A stretch of 64,000 bases of DNA from Gammaproteobacteria bacterium (GTDB lineage Bacteria > Pseudomonadota > Gammaproteobacteria > Eutrophobiales > Eutrophobiaceae): contig CBDCTH010000012.1 of NCBI GenBank assembly GCA_965222155.1, forward strand, positions 1,728,001 through 1,792,000. The letters run 5' to 3'. Positions 31,138-40,830 of the stretch are shown here, piece after piece. The translations under genes and the position numbers were made by a program. Each line of letters begins with the position of its first letter. The first letter of the stretch is position 1. The notes below the pieces were generated by a model, which worked only from the letters and a program-made list of their open reading frames with translations, searched no databases and was not told where the DNA came from.

Positions 31138-31200
31138 TCTGTAAAATTCGTATTAATGACCTGTTTTTTTCGTATTAACAGTCTGTAAAATTCGTATTAA
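31138..31200. repeat. Three direct repeats with 22-bp period
   Basis: TCTGTAAAATTCGTATTAA (31138), CCTGTTTTTTTCGTATTAA (31160), TCTGTAAAATTCGTATTAA (31182). Confidence 0.8.
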
Positions 31201-31273
31201 CCTGTGGAAAAGTTCAAGTTGATAGTATATATTCTGCGACATCAAGCAAAATCAAATCCACGCAATACGACCC

Positions 31274-31528
31274 ATGTACCCTAGAAGCATACAACCTTTC
31301 CTTGAGGAATTACTCACGGAATTCCGTGTGCTTTACCTGACGGGACCTCGGCAGGCGGGCAAAACCACACTGGCGCGTGCCGTTGCTGTAAAACTGGGTA
31401 TGGACTACATCACCCTGGATGATCAAGCAATTTTGGCATCCGCTAAATCGGACCCACACGGGTTTATACGTTCCTTGGGCGCCAGGAAAGTAGTATTGGA
31501 TGAGTTTCAATTAGCGCCAGGTAGTTGA
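31274..31528 (+). pseudogene. Truncated AAA+ ATPase (AAA_14/DUF4143 type)
   Basis: MYPR...LTGPRQAGKTTL...YITLDD...VVLDEFQ, then stop; the family is normally about 400 aa. Confidence 0.8.
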
Positions 31529-31712
31529 AGACCGTCGCGAATACTACTAGCTGTATGTGGTAACCAATTGCGCTACCGAACCCAATCTTCAGGAACCTGT
31601 TCATGACCCGGCACGGCTACGGTGGCACGAAGTTACCAAGGTCGCCCACTATTATTTTGGCGTGGATGCCCTGAAGCAGCCCCTATAGGTGAGGGGCATA
31701 TACAACAACATC

Positions 31713-32849
31713 ATGAACCGCGTTGAACGCTATGAAAGCTTGATCAAGGCGCCTTCCCCGGCCCCGTCGCACTGGGCTGCTTCCTGTACACACCAGGAAT
31801 GCTCACTGCATCAGTTGTCGCCGTATATCGGCAAGTTAAAAAGTATTATTGCCCATGACCTCATTTTGCAATACAGCAAACCCGGTGATCTGGTAGCAGA
31901 CATGTTCTGTGGCAGCGGGACTGTACCCCTGGAGGCAGCCCGCCTTGGGCGACGCGTATTTGCTTCCGACACAAACATATATGCTGTCACGCTGACCAGA
32001 GGCAAACTTGAAGCGCCCGCTGATACCGAAACTGCGATTAAAGTTCTTAACCGCCTTCTGGAACATGCAAAAACACTACCTGTGCCGGACCTCAGGTCTG
32101 TCCCGAAATGGGTTCGTGCTTTCTTTCACCCTCAGACACTCAAAGAGGTATTCCGTCTCAGTGAATTTCTCAGCAACGAACGGCATCATTTCCTGCTGGC
32201 GTCCCTGCTTGGTATTCTGCACCATCAAAGACCTGGATTTCTGTCGTTTCCCAGCAGTCACCTCGTTCCATATCTTCGGTCAAAAAAATACCCCAGGGAT
32301 AGCTATCCTGAACTTTATCAATACCGCTCCGTTGCCGAGCGCCTGCAAGCTAAGGTAAAGCGCGCACTGAAACGCCCACCAACACGGTCATTAAATAAAT
32401 TTGTCGATGACATCAGCAGGTCCTCTGTGGAATCCGTTAACCTCCCTGACGATATCGATTGTGTTATCACAAGCCCCCCTTATATGAACGCGCTGGATTA
32501 CAGCCGTGATAATCGTTTGCGTCTCTGGTTTCTCGGTGAAACCCACCTGGAAGCACCAGATCGCGCGTTAGCGAGTCTTCATGCTTTCAGGAAATTAATC
32601 AGTTCACTGTTGAAACAATTGCAACAAAAGATGCGCTTGGGCGGTCATTGCGTCTTTGTCATAGGCGAACAGACCTTTCGGGGTGGAGGACGATTTCCAT
32701 CCGAAGAGTTAACAAGGATTTTTTTATCACCCCCTTCAACATTTCAGCTATGCGATGTTGTCAGCGACATCATCCCTGACGTTCGCCGTTCGCGGAAATA
32801 TTTTGTCGGGGTAAAACGGGAGAATATTCTTGTATTCAGGAAGTTTTGA
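31713..32849 (+). CDS. DNA amino-methyltransferase (SPPY, probable N4-cytosine)
   Basis: HQLSPYIGK, DMFCGSGT (motif I) preceding ITSPPY (motif IV). Confidence 0.85.
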   Translation: MNRVERYESLIKAPSPAPSHWAASCTHQECSLHQLSPYIGKLKSIIAHDLILQYSKPGDLVADMFCGSGTVPLEAARLGRRVFASDTNIYAVTLTRGKLEAPADTETAIKVLNRLLEHAKTLPVPDLRSVPKWVRAFFHPQTLKEVFRLSEFLSNERHHFLLASLLGILHHQRPGFLSFPSSHLVPYLRSKKYPRDSYPELYQYRSVAERLQAKVKRALKRPPTRSLNKFVDDISRSSVESVNLPDDIDCVITSPPYMNALDYSRDNRLRLWFLGETHLEAPDRALASLHAFRKLISSLLKQLQQKMRLGGHCVFVIGEQTFRGGGRFPSEELTRIFLSPPSTFQLCDVVSDIIPDVRRSRKYFVGVKRENILVFRKF

Positions 32850-32851
32850 AT

Positions 32852-35342
32852 ATGCGTAGAAATCTTCCTCCAAAAGAATTATTTCTTGGAAAAACGATTG
32901 GAAGATTTCCAAACCATGTAATTCAAGAGCATGTCAATTCAGGCAATAATGGTCATTTGTTTCTGGCCTTCGATCAATCAACAGAAAGCAAACTCGCGTT
33001 TAAAGTTGTTCCATCTGACAATCTGCCGGATGATGAAGATGAACAACAAATCTATTTAATTGAGGCAAAAAAGGCCAATATTTTACAGCACCCCTCCGTT
33101 GTCCAATACATTGATGTTTTTCCATATCATGTTCCCGATACACTGGTGAAGTGTGTGATTTTTGTATGTAATTTCGTGGATGGCATAAACCTTAGAGACT
33201 ATATAAAGAAAAACCGCTCGGAGATTACAATTGTATTTCTTGCGAACAATGTTTGAGCTATTGTATGAGCTTAAACAACGCAAAATGACCCATGGTGACC
33301 TGCATGCAGGTAACGTTCTTATCTCGAAATCTGAATATGACATCTACGATAGAATTACCTTCCGTGTAACAGACTTTGGTGTAGGTGAATTAACAGGGCT
33401 TTTAGCTCACACAAATGATTATTTATATACTTCTGATACGCTCAGGCAACTGCTGGAATGTATAGAATATCAAAATTGTGAAAGTCGGGATCGATATGCC
33501 TACGAAATTCTTCGTCATGATTTTTTGGAACGGCATCTGACTGAGACAGATCCTCTGGCTGACACATTAGCAATGCAGCCGCAGAAAATGCTGGAAAAAC
33601 TGGACTCTATAGATGGAAAGTATCTGGAGAAGACAACAGGTGAAATCGTTACAACACTAGTCACACCCTTCGACTACCCTAACTGCGAGCAAATAGGAAA
33701 TTCCCATCTTTTACTCAAGAACCTCTATTCCGACCGTTTACTTGGATTATTGGAAATTAGGGCGCGATCAAATTTAATGTTAACCGGACCTCGAGGATGT
33801 GGAAAAACTACTGTTTTCCGTGCACTGAGCCTCGAATATTTGATCTCGACTGAAGATGATCAGCCAAACCGTATCAACTATATCGGCATCTATTATAGAT
33901 GCGACGATCTCTATTTCTCTTTTCCAAGATATAAGACTCCTGGACGATTTGAAGCACTGGACGTCCCCATGCATTTCTTGATCGTGACGTTGCTGGCAAC
34001 TGTACTGGAACAGATTGGCACCTGGGCAAAAAAGCATTTTCCGGATGAATTCAAAAAGAAAGAAGAAGCACTTGTTCTGGAACTTTGGAATTTATTTGAA
34101 TGGCCGTCTCTGAATAATCCAAATGCCAGGCAACTGGCTACGCTAATAAATAAATTAAAAACCAAGGAAAGAAAACGCGCTGCAAAAAAGCAAAATTTTG
34201 TTCATGTACAGACTGAACCTGTCAAAGGCTATTTTGGCCCTGGGGTTATGTTTGATGCTTGTCGTCTTATACGCGACAAGTTTTCTTTCCTTAACGACCG
34301 TCCTTTCTATTTCTTTATTGATGATTATTCTCACCCGAAAATTACTAAGGAGTTACAAGCAAACCTGAACCGATTGCTCATGCACCGCAGCTCGGATGTT
34401 TTTTTCAAACTCTCAACAGAGAGCCCTGTCTCTTTTGTACGCGAGGATGTGGACGGTAAACAGTTTGTAGAATCTCGTGAGCTTGATTTAGTAAATCTCG
34501 GACTGAGATACATCAAAGATGACAAAAATCAAGCGATTGAATTTCTTGATGACCTATTCAGCCGTCGCTTCCAAAGGGTTGATGGATATCCTGTACAAAC
34601 TCTTGAACAACTACTGGGATCAATACCACGCAATGAAAACGCCACGGCCCGTGCTTTTCGAGAGAAACAAGGGCGTCAAAACTATGCTGGCAGAGAAACT
34701 ATAGCCGCAATGTGCAGCGGCGATATTCACTATATTATTCGTCTTGTCGCGAGGATGGTGGATGATTATGGGGGGCCAGACGCTCTGGCAAACTCCCAAA
34801 CACCTTGCATACCTCCTCAACAACAACATGATTCTATCCGCGCTGCTGCAGGTTCGTTTATGGAGTCTGTACGCACTTTACCTCGTTGGGGGAAACAACT
34901 TGCAGAGGCAACGGCAACATTCGGTAGTGTTGCGCATTCTTATCTCATGTACGAAACATCAACCAACGAAGCTAATGAGCCTCCTCACCAAGCTTCCCGG
35001 ATTGAACCATACGAGACATTAAATTTATCCGAGGAAGCACAAGAAATACTTGATGAACTATTACGCTACTCAATTCTCATTGAAGATCCCCGGGGGAAAA
35101 GTCGGAGAGGAAAGGTTGTGCCAAGATTTTTTCTCAGGCGTTATTTAATCCCCCACTTCCACCTGACATTCAGCCGTAGAGACTCCCTCGAATTGGAAAA
35201 TGACCAGATCGAAACCTTATTGTGTAAGCCGCAGACATTCGAGGAACAGATGAGATTAAAATCTTTAGAAGATGCAGCGCGCCGGCGCCGAAGAGATCCA
35301 GATCAACTGCAACTCCTCGAAGAGGAGGGTCCGCGTGTTTGA
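32852..35342 (+). pseudogene. Ser/Thr protein kinase-P-loop ATPase fusion, split by a frameshift near 33235
   Basis: ORF1: SGNNG Gly loop, AFKVV, EAKK, HPSVV. ORF2: HGDLHAGNV, TDFG, then GPRGCGKTT and FFIDD. Confidence 0.8.
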
Positions 35343-36429
35343 TAAAAATATCCTAAGGACAGATGAACGATTAAGCAAGGTAGCCTGGCCTGCTTTGCAA
35401 ACAATCGATGTTCCCATAGTAGGATCTGGTGACTGTTTGTTGATATGTGCGGGATTTGAAGATCGATCTATCGAAACACTACGCCGAATACTGGATGCTA
35501 GAAAATCCGGCTTCGTTCTTGGATTAGTAAGTTATTTACCCAAGCAACCCGAGAATAGGCAAGAAGAATTACACACAATCATCCAGAATGCTGATCTTCA
35601 AGTAAGAAGATTTGTTTATGACCGTGAAAATCCAGCAGGTATAGGGAAGGAGCTAAAAAGCTTTACAGAGGGATTCGACCGCGTTTTTATTGATATTTCC
35701 GGCATGTCACGCCTGCTTATCGTTCAGTTACTGGTTGCCCTGTTGACTCGTGACAATGATTCAGTAACGCTAATCTATGGCGAGGCCGATGTATATCCAC
35801 CATCTGAAGATAAATTCGAACAAGATTACAGAGAGAATAATTCCAATCCGATCCCAGGTTACCTGTCGTCTGGAATTTTTGAAATAGCAACAACTCCTGA
35901 ATTGAGTTCTGTATCTATGTTAGGTGAAGCCCTCAGGCTGATAGCATTTCCGTCCTTTGATCCTGCACAGCTCACGAATTTGCTCCATGAATTACAACCT
36001 GCTTACACAGAATTTATTCATGGCGCACCACCAGCCCGAAAGAACAAGTGGAGAACGGAGGCAATCCGCAAACTTAACCGATCTACACTGGATGAACTTC
36101 GGGGGAAAAGGGACCATGAGACCTCCACGCTTGACTATAGGGAGACACTACATAAGTTGCTTAAGATATATGCAGAACGCAGTATGTTTGATCGCCTTGT
36201 AGTTGCTCCGACCGGTAGTAAGATGCAAGCAGTAGCTGTGGGTTTATTCCGCGCGGCGTTGTATGACGTTCAAATCGTTTATCCAACTCCACAGGTTTTT
36301 ACGACACCGAAAGAACATACTTTAGGGCTGCGTCAACTGTATCAACTAGATATACCTGCCGAAGCTTTTATTAATGTCATCGGGAACTCCAGGGACGATT
36401 TCAGCGATACGCTCGAAACACATCCATGA
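35335..36429 (+). CDS. Uncharacterised protein with two CARF-like Rossmann repeats
   Basis: GTG start after GAGGAGG, overlapping the upstream stop; CAGFEDRS...IDISGMSR...LIY and FPSFDP...APTGSK...IVYP. Confidence 0.6.
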   Translation: MFDKNILRTDERLSKVAWPALQTIDVPIVGSGDCLLICAGFEDRSIETLRRILDARKSGFVLGLVSYLPKQPENRQEELHTIIQNADLQVRRFVYDRENPAGIGKELKSFTEGFDRVFIDISGMSRLLIVQLLVALLTRDNDSVTLIYGEADVYPPSEDKFEQDYRENNSNPIPGYLSSGIFEIATTPELSSVSMLGEALRLIAFPSFDPAQLTNLLHELQPAYTEFIHGAPPARKNKWRTEAIRKLNRSTLDELRGKRDHETSTLDYRETLHKLLKIYAERSMFDRLVVAPTGSKMQAVAVGLFRAALYDVQIVYPTPQVFTTPKEHTLGLRQLYQLDIPAEAFINVIGNSRDDFSDTLETHP

Positions 36430-36580
36430 TTCCAAAGGAGTGTAAACGTCTGGCGGAGGTGGATTTTCCAATCATTTTGGTATCCAGATACACAGGCCAT
36501 TAGAAATCTATCCGGCATGGGCATCCTTCTACGCTTTAACACCCTTCAAAAACTCGTATGAACCTATGAAAAAATTGAAG

Positions 36581-37871
36581 GGAACCTCTAATAATTGACG
36601 ATTTCCGTTACTATCGCTATCTATGCGGGCAAGCCGGGTTCTTTTACATATAAATGTATTCGGCCAGTGGCGAAATGACCCCGTGCTCGCCTTCATCGAC
36701 CCCTTAATCGGGCCGTTTTATTGCCTTCGGGTGTCGGTTTGACACCAGCCGGGCGTTGTCTCCGTCAAGCAGGCGCGCTGACCCCTTCCAGGTAACACAG
36801 TCGTCGCATGTTATACCCCAGGTTCAGCATCCCTATGGCCAACTCACTGCGCGCCAGCCCGATACAGCGTATCAGCTTGGCCCGGGTCGCACACTGCGCC
36901 CCGAACACGTGCTCCACCCGCACCCGCACCTTGGCCCGCGTGCGGTTGCCCTGCTGCGCCCACGCCGTCAACGGCTTGTTGCGGCGCCCCTTGCGCTGAA
37001 TGTGGCTGCGGTAGCGCTGGGCCTGCAAGCGTTCCTCCTGCTCCCTGGAACGGTAGGCGCGGTCCGCCCATATCGCCTTGCTGCTGTTGTGCTCATCCAA
37101 CAACTCATCGAACAACTGCGAGTCATGCACGTTGGCCGGCGTCACCGCATACTTGCGTACCAGCTTGTGTTTGTTATCGACATTCACGTGGTTCTTGTAC
37201 CCGTAATGACTCCTGCCCCGCTGCTTCGTCCAACGAGCCTCCACGTCCTTCTGCCGCCGCTTGGATTTGGCTGCCTCATCGTCCCAGCCCGCAGGCGCCT
37301 CCCCCGCCTTAAGCGCCGCATTCTCCTCGCGCGTGTTGCGCTGCACCGGCACCAAGGAAGCATCCACCCACTGCCCCGTGCGCGCCCGATACCCCAAGTC
37401 TGCTAACTGCTCGGCAAACCGTGCAAACAGTTCCTCCGTCAATTTCAGCTCCACCAACTTCTCACGAAACGCCCAAAAGGTCTTCGCAGCCGGTGCCCGA
37501 CGCACATTATCCAACCCCATAAACCGCTGAAAACTGCGCCGGTACTCAAGCTGATATTCCAACTGCTCATCACTCAACCCGTACAAATGCTGTAACACCA
37601 ACCCCTTGAACAGCAGCACCTCATCCCGACGCGGGGCGCCCGCATTGCGCTTGCGGGTCGTGGGTCGAATACGCACCAATAGCGGACGAAACGCCTCCCA
37701 GTCCACTACCTCACCCAACCGCACCAGGGGATCCTTCAGTTTATTCAAGCGGGTGTCTTGCAAGTCAAACAACGAACCGAATATGTCTTGTGTCTTCATG
37801 AAACCACCTTGAGGAAAAAGTTGAAATAAGTCACCGCTATTATATCATTCGATTGAATAAATAGAGGTTCC
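36581..37871 (-). mobile_element. Complete IS5-family insertion sequence (1291 bp)
   Basis: GGAACCTCTA terminal inverted repeats; TTGAAG direct repeat at 36575-36580 and 37872-37877. Confidence 0.9.
36765..37799 (-). CDS. IS5 family DDE transposase
   Basis: VDWEAFRP, YGLSDEQLE, VDAS, HYGYKNH, NVHDS, ADRAY, RVRVEHVF. Confidence 0.93.
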   Translation of the reverse strand: MKTQDIFGSLFDLQDTRLNKLKDPLVRLGEVVDWEAFRPLLVRIRPTTRKRNAGAPRRDEVLLFKGLVLQHLYGLSDEQLEYQLEYRRSFQRFMGLDNVRRAPAAKTFWAFREKLVELKLTEELFARFAEQLADLGYRARTGQWVDASLVPVQRNTREENAALKAGEAPAGWDDEAAKSKRRQKDVEARWTKQRGRSHYGYKNHVNVDNKHKLVRKYAVTPANVHDSQLFDELLDEHNSSKAIWADRAYRSREQEERLQAQRYRSHIQRKGRRNKPLTAWAQQGNRTRAKVRVRVEHVFGAQCATRAKLIRCIGLARSELAIGMLNLGYNMRRLCYLEGVSAPA

Positions 37872-37914
37872 TTGAAGTTGGTAACATACATTCTGTAGTT
37901 ACTATGATAACGCT

Positions 37915-39438
37915 ATGAAAAGACGGGAATTCATAATCGGGACAACCCTGGGCCTGGCATCAGCCCAGGTTCCTTCGCCACTAGTTGCAGGGGTCAAGTT
38001 CTCCAGGAATCCGTTTACGCTGGGTGTTGCCTCCGGTGACGTCACAGAAGACTCGGTGGTGCTGTGGACACGGCTTGCGCCGGAACCGCTGGCGGTGGAC
38101 AGCGGGATAAAAGATGTCGCCATACCTGTGCATTGGGAATTATTTCAGGATGAAGCCATGCAAACGCCCATCAGGCAAGGTGAGGAATTAGCCATTCCGC
38201 AGCTTGCCCATTCTGTACATGTTGATGTACAAAACCTTGAACCCGGACAAGAGTACTGGTACCGGTTTTCAGTGGGCAAACACACCACGGAACCGGGACG
38301 TACAAAGACCCTGCCTGCTGCCGGCAGTCAACCCGCTTCCGTTCGTTTCGTCACTGTATCCTGCCAGAACTACACACACGGTTATTTCGTGGCATACGAC
38401 CATATCATTGCAGACAACCCGGACTTCGTAATTCACCTGGGTGACTATATCTATGAAACATCCTATGGCGAGACCTTCAGAAGGCACGAAACTGAAGACA
38501 TGCCGTTTACACTTGACGGTTACCGGCGACGGCATGCGTTGTATAAAACCGATGAATCCCTTAAATGGGCTCACGCCAGGCTACCTTTTTTTGCCACGCT
38601 GGATAACCACGATGCCGTGATTGATATTGATCCTGCCGGACTGGCGCGCAGAGCCGCCGCGTACCAGGCCTGGTATGAACACATGCCGACCCGCGGCTAC
38701 GGCAAGCCCGGCGACAACCGGTTTCAACTCAGCAGGACTATCCGCGCTGGGAGACTGGCACAAATCAACCTGCTGGATACCCGCCAATTCCGCGCCGAAC
38801 AGTCCCTCTGCGCTGGCGGCGATCCCGCTTATGGCTTCGGCAACTACCGGCCGCGCTGTCCTGAAATGTTCGCTGAGCAGCGCAGCATGCTGGGACAGGA
38901 GCAGGAACACCGGTTGGTGCAAAGTATACTGAACAGCACTGCGGCCTGGAACGTGTTAGCCTCATCAAGTGTCTTTTCGCCCTTTCGCCTGGAGATCGGT
39001 AAACAGATATTCCGCTATGTAGGTTCCTGGGACGCTTACCCTGCCAACAGGGACAGGGTCGTCAACGCAATCAACCGGAGCAAGACCGGCCAGGCCGTTA
39101 TCTTGAGCGGCGACATGCACTCCTTCTGGGCCATTGACGGCGCGCAGTCCATGGAAGCTGCCGAACGAATTCCGGTTGTAGAGTTTGTTACTTCTTCCAT
39201 CACGGCCAACTGGCCCGAAACAATGGCAAAACCCATTACCGATAACCTGGCTCAAAACCCCCAGATAAAACTCTACGAACCGGATAAACGCGGGTACCTG
39301 TTACATGAGATTACCGCGACGGAGTGGCAAACTACGGCCCGCGCTGTGCATAACCCCAGGGATGCACAGTCAAATGCTTTCGACCTGGCACGTTTTGTTG
39401 TCGAGAACGGTAAACCCGGTTTCAGGCAGATACTTTGA
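37915..39438 (+). CDS. phoD: PhoD-family alkaline phosphatase (Tat)
   Basis: KRREF; FTLGVASGD, VLWTRL, HLGDYIYE, DNHD, LDTRQFR, WDAY, SGDMH. Confidence 0.88.
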   Translation: MKRREFIIGTTLGLASAQVPSPLVAGVKFSRNPFTLGVASGDVTEDSVVLWTRLAPEPLAVDSGIKDVAIPVHWELFQDEAMQTPIRQGEELAIPQLAHSVHVDVQNLEPGQEYWYRFSVGKHTTEPGRTKTLPAAGSQPASVRFVTVSCQNYTHGYFVAYDHIIADNPDFVIHLGDYIYETSYGETFRRHETEDMPFTLDGYRRRHALYKTDESLKWAHARLPFFATLDNHDAVIDIDPAGLARRAAAYQAWYEHMPTRGYGKPGDNRFQLSRTIRAGRLAQINLLDTRQFRAEQSLCAGGDPAYGFGNYRPRCPEMFAEQRSMLGQEQEHRLVQSILNSTAAWNVLASSSVFSPFRLEIGKQIFRYVGSWDAYPANRDRVVNAINRSKTGQAVILSGDMHSFWAIDGAQSMEAAERIPVVEFVTSSITANWPETMAKPITDNLAQNPQIKLYEPDKRGYLLHEITATEWQTTARAVHNPRDAQSNAFDLARFVVENGKPGFRQIL

Positions 39439-39477
39439 TTCGTAATCCATCAATGTTATTTTCGTGACCACGTTGCC

Positions 39478-39598
39478 CGTCATTCCGGCGCAAGTCGGAA
39501 TCCAGTAAAATGGACCTTCCCTGGATTACAGCATTCCGGGATAAGCTTATAGATAAGGGAGGTTTAATAACTGGATTCCGGCTTGCGCCGGAATGACG
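39478..39598. repeat. CGTCATTCC...GGAATCCAG palindromic element
   Basis: 29-bp inverted arms, each itself palindromic; relatives at 41935-41982, 49950-50046, 56624-56790 and about 62215-62290. Confidence 0.85.
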
Positions 39599-39613
39599 AC
39601 AGAGAGCGTAATT

Positions 39614-40813
39614 ATGCCTGATTTCACTTATGAAATAGAAGACATCAAACTGGCGCGGCAAGGGTTGGAGCGCATAAACTGGGTACGCGAGCGTATGCCG
39701 GTCTTACGCCAGGTCAAAGAGGACTTCAGCAGGACCAGGCCTTTTGCAGGCTTGCGTATTGGTATCTGTTTGCACGTGGAAGCAAAGACCGGTGTCTGGC
39801 TGGACGCACTGACCAGCGGCGGTGCGGAGATCGTAATCACCGGCTGGCCCGGAACCACCCAGGATGAGGTGGCTGCCGCATTGGTGGCAGAATACAACGT
39901 CCGGGTATTTGCCAAAAGAAGTGAAACCTTCGATCAGCATCTTGATTACGCGGCAAAGGTGTTATCCACCGAACCCAATCTGATTGCCGATAATGGCGCG
40001 GATTTGCATGTGCTGGCGCTTACCAATCCGGACTTTTCCAGCGCAAAAGCGAAGATTATCGGCGCTACCGAGGAGACTACCACCGGCGGTTTCCGTTTAC
40101 GCGAGGACATTGATGAACACATCTTCCCCACCCTCATTATTAATGACACTCGGGCAAAACGCATTATTGAAAACCGCTACGGCGTCGGCCAATCTGTGGT
40201 TGACGGCATCATGCGCTGTTCCAACCTGCTTATCGGCGGCAAGCGGGTAACTGTCATCGGTTATGGTTATTGTGGCCAGGGTATCGCCCGCGCCTTGCGT
40301 GGCCTGGGCGCGCGCGTGACCATAGTCGATATCGATCCCCTGACGCGATTGGAAGCGCATCTGGAGGGTTATCATACGACTGAACTGGAACAAGTCCTAC
40401 CGGTCAGCGATATCGTCATCACCGTCACGGGCAGACCGGGAGCACTCAAACGAGAACATCTGACACTGATGAAGGATGGCGCCGTATTATGCAACGCCGG
40501 TGCTTTTGAAAACGAGATCGACCTGCCCGGCCTGCGCGAACTGTCCTCTGAGCCACGCCAAATCATGCCGGATATCCAGAAATTCAAGCTGGGCAACGGT
40601 AAAATTATTTACCTGTTTGGCAAAGGTAACAGTGTTAACCTGACCGCCGGTGACGGTAATCCCATAGAAGTTATGGATCTGGGTCTGGCTCTGCAATCCC
40701 TGTCCCTGGCATACCTCGCGACTGACAGCCAATCCTTGCCTGCAGGACCACAGACAGTGCCAAAGGAAATCGAAGACGAAGTGGCCGTCAGGACCTTGCG
40801 GGCCTGGTCATAG
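39614..40813 (+). CDS. Adenosylhomocysteinase-like protein (divergent)
   Basis: CLHVEAKT, TTQD, EETTTG, NRYG, GYGYCGQG; several active-site motifs altered. Confidence 0.8.
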   Translation: MPDFTYEIEDIKLARQGLERINWVRERMPVLRQVKEDFSRTRPFAGLRIGICLHVEAKTGVWLDALTSGGAEIVITGWPGTTQDEVAAALVAEYNVRVFAKRSETFDQHLDYAAKVLSTEPNLIADNGADLHVLALTNPDFSSAKAKIIGATEETTTGGFRLREDIDEHIFPTLIINDTRAKRIIENRYGVGQSVVDGIMRCSNLLIGGKRVTVIGYGYCGQGIARALRGLGARVTIVDIDPLTRLEAHLEGYHTTELEQVLPVSDIVITVTGRPGALKREHLTLMKDGAVLCNAGAFENEIDLPGLRELSSEPRQIMPDIQKFKLGNGKIIYLFGKGNSVNLTAGDGNPIEVMDLGLALQSLSLAYLATDSQSLPAGPQTVPKEIEDEVAVRTLRAWS

Positions 40814-40830
40814 GATTTAAGATAAATATT

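Noticed and set aside
31138-31200. Possible mini CRISPR array
   Set aside because: The period is 22 bp with only 3-bp gaps, so there are no spacers, and no cas genes are in the window
36756-37406. 216-aa plus-strand ORF inside the IS5, and other long antisense ORFs such as 5461-6111 and 22978-23646
   Set aside because: Shadow frames opposite well-supported genes, with no motifs
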